In this document: positions 52,380-62,156 of the stretch, in pieces
Layout of the letters: every line of letters begins with the position of its first letter
How positions within the stretch are numbered: position 1 is the stretch's first letter
Notes under the pieces: model-generated
Told to the model about the DNA's origin: nothing
Databases searched by the model: none
The model's input: only the letters and a program-made list of their open reading frames with translations
Program-made: the position numbers and the translations under genes
Assembly (NCBI GenBank): GCA_022813865.1
Contig: JALDZX010000081.1
Span: forward strand, 1-64,000
From: Xylographa opegraphella
Lineage: Eukaryota
Reading direction: 5' to 3'
DNA length: 64,000 nucleotides

Positions 52380-54290
52380 AAGTGGCACTGACTCTCCACC
52401 AAGGTTTTCGGCTTTTCCAAGCTATATTCACCATCCGTAGTCGCCCGATAGAACTCAGAGCAAATACTAGCAGAGACCTCATAGTCCAGTACCTATCCTC
52501 GTAGAGGCTGTTCACAAAGATCAGCTCATAAGTGCTCCAGATACTGAGGGACCTTTACAATGCCAGTGTTTTTTCATCATTGTCCTTGAATGGAAAATTT
52601 CACTCCCCCAGCTCTCGACTCTGTATTTCAAGATGTGTTAAGCTGCAACCCGCGCCATGCCACGGTCACCGATAGGCCAACAAAACCCACCAGCTGTTGA
52701 CAACTCCACCTCTTCAGCACCCAACTTCGCGTCTGGAGGACTAGCCGACTGGTGCTCAGGGTATGAATGAACTCGAATGTTTCGGTTTATTGCATCCCTA
52801 TCTTTGAACAGTGAGCAACGTTCACCTGAAGGGATCCCAGTTCTGTAGGACCCACTTCGAGATTGAATCGTGCATCACAGTCCTTGAAAGCGGCGACGAT
52901 CACTGGAGAAGTCACCCCGGTATCCCCGACTGTGGATTCAGAGCACGTTGAATATCGACCTCTGCATCACGAAAAACACTACTGCTCTCACAAGAATGAT
53001 CGCAGTGGCTTTTCATCGAGTGCAGAGGAGCCTTTACGATAACAGTGCAATTTCATCACTATCCATGTATCCCGACTTGGTTTGAATTAGGCCGTCCCGA
53101 GCAAGTAACCTTGTTACGATATACAGCTGAACATGTCATGCTGCTGCCTTTTTGGCTATATCTGAGCTGTAGGCCACAGCTAGATACGATGATAGACCGC
53201 CCCGAGTATGATCAGATACTACATTGAGCTTGCTGTTCGCACACTGCTGATTGACTCAGCTGATAGGCCGCTCCGAGGAGATAATCTTGTTACGACTTGC
53301 AGCTTGACCCATTATGCTGCTGCTGCTGCTGCCTTCTTGATTGTTCATGTGCCAACGGATTTTTCTGAGCTGTGTTGTCACAGCCAGATACGATGATAGG
53401 CTGCTCCGAGTAGGATACCACGTTACGATATGCAGCTTGGCCCATTTTCTGCTGACGTTTTGGTTTGTTCCCACGCCAAATTTTCTCCGAAATAGATCCC
53501 ACAGGCAAATGTGATGAAAGCCCGCTCCGAGCATATGTTCATATAGCTTGGACAAGAAATCACGCTTGCAAACCATTCACAAGCTGCTTGATAACTGAGG
53601 CCACCCCTAAGGTTCGAAAAATGTGTATAATACAGCTGCAATGAATCTGAATCCCATGATATTGGTGTCAAAGTCTAGGTTGTCTGTGTTTCTGGCCGCG
53701 ATCGCTAGAACACCAGCAAGGCGGCTGTGTTCCAGTGCAAGAGATTCTGAGCTATCAACATCGATCTTGTACATCTCCTTCCACGCTCTGGCCGTCGCAA
53801 GACGATGACCGATGATGCTCGGGAGTGTTAAGAGTGAACTTAAATGTTGATGCTTTTTCATCACTGTCCCCAGCAATTTCAACACTTCAAGAATAAAGGA
53901 CCCCTCAAGTCGACCTTGTCAGCTCTCAACTTTAGGCCAATCTGCCCGGGCTGACCTTTTAAGGTTCGCCCTTTCAGAATCGATCTTATGTTCAGCTTTT
54001 CAAAGACGATCATGAGGTTTCCACCTTTCAGTGTTATTCTCTTAACTCAGGTGTCTCAGGTCATCATCAAATCCTGGCAAGAGACTCAAAAGCAAGCCAT
54101 TATCGACCCCATCTACCATTGCTTTAGCTGCCACAAAGGGAAAGCTCTCAAGCTTGGACGATTTGAATGACAAATAGGCAGTAGGTTTTTATCACTGTCT
54201 CTGCTTATGGATATCATGAATGTGTGAGGAGTATCCGGACAAAGGATACATTTTGTGGATACCACCAGGTCTTGAGAAGAAGGTTTCATG
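52380..54290 (-). pseudogene. Decayed gene or element of unknown family
   Basis: One minus-strand frame stays coding-like from about 54170 to 53256 but is broken by stops at 54044, 54002, 53921, 53609 and 53579. More coding-like fragments continue to about 52380. Boundaries approximate. Confidence 0.5.
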
Positions 54291-54398
54291 TCAACTAGAA
54301 GACAATTTATATAGTGATAAAGAACTGTGCAGTTGCTAGTAGAAGTAAAGAAGCAATGCTATCTTTTCAACTGATATGTTTGTGGCTGCGAACTTTGG

Positions 54399-54611
54399 TT
54401 TGTAGAGAGAGTTTGTAGAGAGAGTTTGTAGAGAGAGTTTGTAGAGAGAGTTTGTAGAGAGNNNNNNNNNNNNNNNNNNNNNNNNNNNNNNNNNNNNNNN
54501 NNNNNNNNNNNNNNNNNNNNNNNNNNNNNNNNNNNNNNNNNNNNNNNAGAGTTTGTAGAGAGAGTTTGTAGAGAGAGTTTGTAGAGAGAGTTTGTAGAGA
54601 GAGTTTGTAGA
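54399..54611 (+). repeat. 13-bp minisatellite (TTTGTAGAGAGAG)n spanning an 86-N assembly gap
   Basis: About 5 perfect units on each side of N run 54462-54547. Confidence 0.95.
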
Positions 54612-54881
54612 AGAAGTTTTTTAGAGAGGAAGAGGACTGGAAGAAGTTTGAAGAACATCCACGCTAGCTGTGAGTCATACTCCACATTAACTTTAGGTAT
54701 GTGTCAATGCTCCTATGTGAATAGGCCGAGGAAATGAAAAGGGAATTACCTTAGCCAGTAGCAGGAGATAGTCGAGCACGAGGCATGTGAATGATGAGAG
54801 GAGTTGCGACCACAAGCACTTCAGATGCTGGTAGTCAACACACCAGGTGATATTGCTTGTTTCACCAAGTCTAGCTGCAGT

Positions 54882-55796
54882 CTATCCTCCTAATCTCTTA
54901 CCCAGACCCGAGAAACCACCGAATCTTCCACCACGTTTCGCGTTCCTCTGTCCACCTCGCCCGAAAGCTTCATCTAAATCCATGGCTTCACCGCGATCGG
55001 GTTCTATGCCACCTGAGTTCTCGCCATCACCCGCTCCTCTCTTGCCTGCCAACTTGTTCCGCGAGTCCTTTGTGATTTCATCATTCAAAGCTTTGTCAAA
55101 CATTGCTTCTTGTTCGTGTTCTCGTCTCCTCCTCTCTGCCGCCTTGGACCGGATTTCGCCAACTTGCCCTTCAATCTCTGAGAGCACTCCTGCGCATCTT
55201 CCATTCCAATCCTCAAGTATCGCTATCAGTTGCGGCACACTGTTTGGCTTGAGGTCTCGTAGAGGCGAAACTGAAGAGACATCGACACATTGAGCAAGTG
55301 TGTCTAGTTTGGCTGTAATGAGTCCTGCGTAGATGTTGCTGATCACGAGATCTTCCAGGGCGCGCGTGTTGGGCAGGTCTAGAGCAGATAGAAGGTATGG
55401 ATACGTGAGAGTAGCATGTGAGGATGACAGGGATAATAGTGATAGTTGCCGCAGCTTCAACGACTGCGGTTCTGAGAGTTGCGGAAGCTCAGGTGATGCT
55501 AATGTCCGTTATTATCATGAAAAGTATAATCTGAATTGAGAAAACTGACAAGTGTATTCTGCCCAGGTACCCCATGAGAAAATCTCCAGTAAAGTAAAAA
55601 AGCGTGAATACTCCGGGGCTGCTGTTCGTAAGGACTGGATGTTGGGAGTTTGGAGCAGCTCAGCGAAGACATAGGTATTGGGGTTCGATGTAGCTTGAGT
55701 GATGAGATCGGCAGCGGCGCGAGGTGAGGTAGCCGACTTGGAGAGGAGCGTGTATTGCTCGAGTGCATTAAGAGCTTTCTGCTGTGCATTATCCAT
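54882..55796 (-). CDS. CSN7: COP9 signalosome subunit 7 (PCI domain), 2 exons
   Basis: KALNALE..SATSPRAAADLITQATSNPNTYVFAELL..LLEIFSWGTW | KLRQLSLLSL..RALEDLVI..RDL. Confidence 0.92.
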
Positions 55797-57343
55797 GGTG
55801 ATGTTGTTGTTGACGAAGGGGGAGGAATGCTATGTATGGGTTGGGGTTTGTTCTTGCACCAAGTCCAGCTTCGGTGCTCTATCAGCTTTGACGCAGGTTT
55901 CACTCAATCGCAGCAGGAGAGACTTGACTCAAGTATCGATTGAGAGCATGTCAACACCCGGTGTGAAGCACCTCCGGAGTAGTATCCCTACGAAACGTCG
56001 TTATCGATAATGTGCAGGGGTATCCTACACAGGCGTGGGGGCTCCCGCCCCTAACACGGGCTGCACCAGTCACCCATGGCTGCAAGCAAGTCCTAATGGT
56101 CTACTAGAATAAGCTGGCCAATAAGTAAAACCTGTACGAACCAAGTATACAATACCGTCCATTCGTCGCTGGGACTGCCGATAATCAATAGGAGAACACC
56201 CATCAGCCCGTGCTCGAATACTTCCATGCAAATTAACGCCTGTACCCCGATAGCCGGTTTCAAGCTTCCTGCTTGCGATTCCGACGGTCTCGACCAGTAC
56301 AATGACCACTCGCTAGTATGAGGCCTCAACCAAGTTCGAAATCCCGGCCAAATGTAAATGGTGTACCACCCCTCAAAGGGTGTCAATCTGAAGTTGCTAG
56401 CAAAGCTGCCTCGTTTGTGAAGGAGCATAAGCGCTAACTAGTTGGAAGAAGACGCAGCACGTTCGGAGTCTCGTTCCGGAGATGGTTGCATTCAGCAAGA
56501 GTTTCCCGAGCGGCGAAAGATCAATTCCACGTGGGGTGAACCGGGAAAGAGATTAGGTTCTAAGACTAGTACTCACTGCTCACAGCACTCGAGCTGGAAC
56601 AGAATGCTGTCTGAACAACTTCAGCAGGGAAGCGGGGCGAGAGCAACTGTGGCACATGCTTAGTACGCCGGAACGTATCGTATCCACCATGCAAGTCATG
56701 AGATACCAATGCAAGGCAGGTATCACCAGCTGCAGATCAACACGGTATTCACTGACTGTCACGTTGGTCGCATGTCGTGTACGAGGTAACACTTGTCCAG
56801 GCGTGGAGATCGAGTCTACCTTACCTTAAGGTCTCGCAGGCGCTGTGAGATTAGTCGGGCTCTCTTCATCAGCCCACGAAGGCTGCAATTCTGCTACGCC
56901 ACAGGCCCATGTTCAGGCTGATAGTCTAGTCCACATGTGGTAAGATACACCTGTTATGCCGAATTGCTCAGCTATCCTAAGGCGGAATAGCGTGACGGCA
57001 CGGGAAGCCACGGGCACCGACTTCACCGAGGCGGCAATTCCATGGCCTCGGGCTCATCTTATCTTACCCATCGTCTGACAAAGCCCCCCAGTAACAAGAC
57101 TTATTTATTACTGCAGAAGAGCTGGCCTTCTTCCTTCTTCCTATGTCCATACTGTCGAACAATGGATCGATTCATGCCTTGATTCTGTCACCAATTTCTT
57201 TGTCCACATAGCGTTCGCTGATACGCGTTAAACTCTGATGGCCAATTCAGCGCCCTCACGAAGGATCCTCCTCAAACCATAACACCACATTCACGACGGC
57301 TGGTACCTCGTTGAGAAAAAATTCTCGCTTTTCGACTTCCAAG

Positions 57344-60300
57344 ATGTCTCCGCAGAATCCATTGACTGCTCACGTTGCTACCACGACGCTGCGGGTCGAG
57401 GGTATGACTTGTGGCGCATGCACGTCCGCTGTAGAGAGCGCATTCAAAGGCGTGGACGGCGCTGGCGAGGTTTCCGTCAGCTTGGTCATGGAAAGAGTAG
57501 TAATCCATCACGATCCGCAATTGCTGTCAGCGGATCAGGTAAAAGAGATAATAGAGGATCGGGGCTTCGATGCCGAGGTCTTGTCGACAGATATAATACC
57601 AGAGCCGATTAATGATCTGACGGATGAATCGCTCCACGAATCCGACGAGGACGGGTCGCTAGAACCTCAGATCTCAACGACTACGTTGTCAGTCGAGGGA
57701 ATGACATGTGGTGCTTGCACTTCTGCTGTCGAAGGTGGCTTCAAAGACGTTCCCGGCATAATGTCCGTCAGCGTATCACTACTTTCAGAACGAGCCGTTG
57801 TCGAGCACGATGCATTGGTTATAACACCAGCGGCCATCGCACAAATCATAGAGGACCGAGGTTTCGATGCAAAGGTACTAGAGACAAAAACTTTGGAAAG
57901 TAGAACGTCGCAAGCAATGAAACAGCGGAGGAAGGAAAAGGCACCAAATACCGTCACCACTACTACTGTCTCTGTGGAGGGTATGACTTGTGGTGCATGC
58001 ACGTCCGCTGTTGAAAGTGGGTTTAAGGATCTCGCTGGCTTACTGCAATTCAATATCAGCTTGCTCGCTGAGCGGGCGGTCGTCGTCCATGATATCACGA
58101 AGCTAGCGCCAGATCAGATTGTGGAGATCATAGAGGATAGGGGCTTTGATGCTAAGGTCCTGTCTTCAAATGCGGGTGGAACAGAGTTCTCAACGACATC
58201 AGCAGCTGTTCAGCTCAAACTCTTTGGTCTTCGAGATGCGGCTTCCGCAACGACTCTCCAGACTTCCCTAAGCCAACTGCTAGGAGTCAAGTCATGCACA
58301 ATCAACTATGCCACCGCCCGAGCAAACGTTTCGTACAATCCTACAGTGCTTGGACTACGTGCTTTGGTTGAAGCTATCGAAACCCTTGGTCTCAATGCGC
58401 TCGTGGCAGAATCGGAAGATAATAGTGCTCAACTGGAATCCCTTGCGAAGACGCGTGAGATCCAAGAATGGCGGAGGAACTTCTGGAGAGCGCTCTCGTT
58501 TGCCATTCCGGTCTTTTTGATAAATATGGTCATCCCGTTATATACCCCTGCACTGGATTTTGGCTGTTTCGTGTTGATACCTGGACTCTACCTCGGTGAT
58601 GTTGTTTGCCTTTTACTCACGATACCGGTACAGTTTGGTATCGGATGGCGCTTTTACATATCTGCCTACAAATCCATAAAGCATAAATCTCCGACCATGG
58701 ATGTACTTGTCGTTCTCGGTACTTCGGCTGCATTCTTTTTCAGTTTGGCTGCCATGACTGTTTCGATCATTTCATCGACACATACAAAACCGAGCACTGT
58801 ATTCGACACAAGTACTATGCTCATCACATTCATTACACTCGGTCGCTACCTTGAGAATCGAGCCAAAGGTCAAACCTCAAAAGCTCTGTCCAGACTTATG
58901 TCACTGGCGCCTTCGATGGCAACGATATACGCCGATCCTATTGCTGCAGTGAAGGCTGCAGAATCATGGGAAAGTAGCATTGTCCCGGAGAAGAAAGAAA
59001 GCCATGACATTGGCGCAACAAACAATGCGGCGGAAGAGAGGGTCATCCCGACAGAACTAATCGAGCTCGGAGACGTCGTCATACTACGCCCTGGCGACAA
59101 AATCCCCGCGGATGGCACCGTGACTCGCGGTCAAAGTCATGTGGACGAGAGTATGGTTACTGGTGAAGCTATGCCGATTATGAAGTCCAAAGGAAGCCTG
59201 CTTATGGCAGGGACTGTAAATGGTGCCGGTAGGCTCGACTTCAAAGTCACACGAGCCGGAAAAGACACACAATTAAGCCAAATCGTTAAACTGGTGCAAG
59301 AAGCACAGACGAGCAGAGCGCCGATTCAGCGTATAGCTGATAAGGTGGCTGGCTATTTTGTACCCATAATCATTGCCTTGGGCGTATTCACCTTCACCAC
59401 CTGGATGATCCTGAGTCATGCTCTCTCGTATCCTCCAAAAGTCTTTCTCCAACCCGAAAGTGGTGGAAGATTAATGGTATGTGTCAAGCTTTGCATATCG
59501 GTCATCGTCTTCGCTTGCCCATGCGCTCTTGGGCTTAGTACACCCACTGCTGTTATGGTAGGTACTGGGGTCGGTGCTCTCAATGGTATTCTCGTCAAAG
59601 GTGGCGCAGCTCTAGAGACTGCGACGAAGATCACTCATGTTGTCTTCGACAAGACTGGGACACTCACCATTGGCAAGATGAGCGTTTCAGAGAATAGACT
59701 TGAGGGTACTTGGGGAAACAGCGAATGGCGTCGTCGTCTCTGGTGGACTCTAATAGGACTGGCGGAAATGGGGAGTGAGCACCCTATTGGTAAAGCTATC
59801 GTCAACGCAGCGAAGGAAGAGCTAGGTATCGGCAGTGATGGCATGATCGATGGTAGCATTGGTGATTTCCGGGCCGTCGTCGGCCAAGGCATCTCCGCTG
59901 TCGTGGAACCAACCTCCTCCGCTCAGCGGGAACGATATCATGTCCATATAGGCAACGCTTCTTACCTCCAGTCACAAGGGATAACTCTTCCAGTCAACAT
60001 CACCCCTAGCCGCAAGAACTCCTCCCTTACCCTCAACGGAGTCTCCTTTGCCGGTGCCACCCAAATCTATACCGCCATCAACTCGACTTTCAGCGGCAGC
60101 CTCTCCTTGTCCGACACCCTCAAACCCACGGCACGTGCAACTATCCTCGCTCTTTCTCGCATGGGCATGTCTTCCTCCCTGGTCACCGGCGACCAACTTC
60201 CTACCGCCACGCATATCGCTGCCCTGGTCGGCATTGCGACCCCTAACGTCCACGCCGGTGTCTCACCCGATCAGAAACAAGCTATCATCAAGGACCTCCA

Positions 60301-60931
60301 GTCGCGAGGCGAAATTGTTGCAATGGTCGGCGATGGCATCAACGACTCGCCAGCTCTAGTCACTGCTGACATAGGCATCGCCCTCTCATCCGGTACCGAC
60401 GTTGCCATGGAGGCCGCCGACATCGTCATCATGCGGCCCGAAGACTTGCTGAACGTACCTGCCGGCCTGAGCCTCGCGCGCTCCATCTTCAACCGCATCA
60501 AGCTCAACCTTGGCTGGGCATGTCTGTACAATCTCATCGGCTTGCCCTTCGCCATGGGTCTTGGCCTCGCACTTCCGGGAGGCTTCATGCTCCCGCCCAT
60601 GGCCGCCGGCGCTGCGATGGCGACCAGCAGCGTGAGCGTGGTGATGAGCAGTCTCTTGCTGAAGTTCTGGAAGCGGCCGAAGTGGATGACGAAGGAGCGG
60701 CTGGAAGGTGCAGCCGACGTTGGGAAACTCGCACGAGTGGATGGATCGAGTGCTCTGGACGACCAAGAGCAAGGAGGAATGAGCGCGGCGCGAGTAGAGG
60801 GCTCGAGTCCGTTCCGCGGGCTGGCTAGCAGGGTGAGGGGGATGCTGCGCCGGGGCCAAGAGGGTGGAGGGGCCTATGTGCCGCTGGTCGACGTGCAGAG
60901 CGCGCGGTCGGAGACTTTCGCGGATGTGTGA
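57344..60931 (+). CDS. CCC2: Copper-transporting P1B-type ATPase (Ccc2-like), single exon
   Basis: Three GMTCGAC HMA domains plus one degenerate, TGE, CPCALGL, DKTGT, SEHP, GDGINDSP, YN and MxxSS Cu(I) TM motifs. Confidence 0.95.
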   Translation: MSPQNPLTAHVATTTLRVEGMTCGACTSAVESAFKGVDGAGEVSVSLVMERVVIHHDPQLLSADQVKEIIEDRGFDAEVLSTDIIPEPINDLTDESLHESDEDGSLEPQISTTTLSVEGMTCGACTSAVEGGFKDVPGIMSVSVSLLSERAVVEHDALVITPAAIAQIIEDRGFDAKVLETKTLESRTSQAMKQRRKEKAPNTVTTTTVSVEGMTCGACTSAVESGFKDLAGLLQFNISLLAERAVVVHDITKLAPDQIVEIIEDRGFDAKVLSSNAGGTEFSTTSAAVQLKLFGLRDAASATTLQTSLSQLLGVKSCTINYATARANVSYNPTVLGLRALVEAIETLGLNALVAESEDNSAQLESLAKTREIQEWRRNFWRALSFAIPVFLINMVIPLYTPALDFGCFVLIPGLYLGDVVCLLLTIPVQFGIGWRFYISAYKSIKHKSPTMDVLVVLGTSAAFFFSLAAMTVSIISSTHTKPSTVFDTSTMLITFITLGRYLENRAKGQTSKALSRLMSLAPSMATIYADPIAAVKAAESWESSIVPEKKESHDIGATNNAAEERVIPTELIELGDVVILRPGDKIPADGTVTRGQSHVDESMVTGEAMPIMKSKGSLLMAGTVNGAGRLDFKVTRAGKDTQLSQIVKLVQEAQTSRAPIQRIADKVAGYFVPIIIALGVFTFTTWMILSHALSYPPKVFLQPESGGRLMVCVKLCISVIVFACPCALGLSTPTAVMVGTGVGALNGILVKGGAALETATKITHVVFDKTGTLTIGKMSVSENRLEGTWGNSEWRRRLWWTLIGLAEMGSEHPIGKAIVNAAKEELGIGSDGMIDGSIGDFRAVVGQGISAVVEPTSSAQRERYHVHIGNASYLQSQGITLPVNITPSRKNSSLTLNGVSFAGATQIYTAINSTFSGSLSLSDTLKPTARATILALSRMGMSSSLVTGDQLPTATHIAALVGIATPNVHAGVSPDQKQAIIKDLQSRGEIVAMVGDGINDSPALVTADIGIALSSGTDVAMEAADIVIMRPEDLLNVPAGLSLARSIFNRIKLNLGWACLYNLIGLPFAMGLGLALPGGFMLPPMAAGAAMATSSVSVVMSSLLLKFWKRPKWMTKERLEGAADVGKLARVDGSSALDDQEQGGMSAARVEGSSPFRGLASRVRGMLRRGQEGGGAYVPLVDVQSARSETFADV

Positions 60932-61674
60932 GGCGTGGGCGTTTGGGGGTATTTGAAAAAGGATTGGCATGTGTATGCCTACGGGAGTTTTCTTCTTTCC
61001 TTTGGCGATTATATATTAGCTTTTCGATGAATAATTAAACGACGTTTTACGATCAGGAAGTTTGCGTGTCGGAAGGTGGTATGCTTGGCTACAGTGTGCA
61101 CGTGAGTCTGAGCTCTGCGTTTCGTCTGATACCTCGGCCGAGCTGTCCTGTCTAAGAGGCCTACACAGCGAGGATAACGTAACGTTACACGCGGCGACAG
61201 CAGAAAGCTGGAGAGACCAGAGACAGCACTTTCGCGAAGATGAATACTTTCAAGGCCCATTCTGCCTTCAAATAATTTGTTCTTACGGAGTGCATGTCTC
61301 CACCTCAAGCGATAACCACCGCACTATCCTTCTTACAACGGTCCTCCGCTCAATGCCTCCTCCCTTCCCTTTTCCTTTTCAATCACTGCTTTCCACCCTC
61401 CTCCGCACTCTTAGATCCTTCGCCTGCTTCGCTCCTCTTCCCTCCTAGCTCCTCCGCCTCTTCCTCCTCTCTCTCTTCCGCACCATGCCCCCTTCGTCCT
61501 CCAAGCTCCGACTCTCCCCAATCCTTCAGGTAGAACATTACTAAGATCAGTGTACCACTTCAGTGTACCCAGGTAACGAAGGGGATGGGAGCCTCTGCGA
61601 GGAGTAGCTGAGTTGAGGAAAGAGAATTGGGAGACGTGGGGGGGAAAGGGGCTCTTATGTATTGGAGAAAACGT

Positions 61675-61960
61675 TGCATAGAGTTCGCGGTCGCTGGTGA
61701 ACATGGCTGGGGGAGGTGAGGCGGAATCGTGGACACGGTTTTGGTTGATAATAGCTTGTGGCTATCAAGCCCTGCGCTATTGGTGTAACATGCGTGTCCC
61801 TCGGATTCCGTTTCCGAATAGAGTTCGGGTTGACGACTTGAAACCGAGTAATATCATTCAGGTCAGACGAAATGCTCAGATGATCCGCTGAAGTGGCTTC
61901 TTTGGTCTTCACTTTAAGATTTACGAGCGAAGGAAGGTTGACCGAGATCGAGGATGATGA
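61675..61960 (+). pseudogene. Possible protein-kinase relic
   Basis: QALRYW..RVRVDDLKPSNII..*SGFFGL resembles the AL.YLH..H.DLKPSNIL..DFGL order. In-frame stops are present. Confidence 0.3.
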
Positions 61961-62156
61961 ACGACCTTGTTCGTTCGCTGCCCAACAAGTCCTTCCCTTG
62001 TTCATATATTTTCCTTTCTTAGTAGATCGTCAACCTACCGACAATTTTGCTCAGACACCTGTTCGCGTTCAGTATCGAGATTATAAGTAAGTAGAAGCCC
62101 GTTCTTGGGCGAATCAGCAATGCCAGCCAGACTGACAATAAGCACGTTTGTTCAAT

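Noticed and set aside
54359..54685. ORF with LQTLSTNSLYKLS repeats; also CRISPR-like appearance
   Set aside because: Translation of the 13-bp minisatellite across Ns; no spacers, and the genome is eukaryotic.
56093..56428. 111-aa Trp-rich ORF
   Set aside because: No recognisable domain; sits in a divergent promoter region.
56560..57070. Copper-response (Mac1-type) TGCTCA words upstream of CCC2
   Set aside because: Only partial matches to TTTGCTCA, expected by chance.
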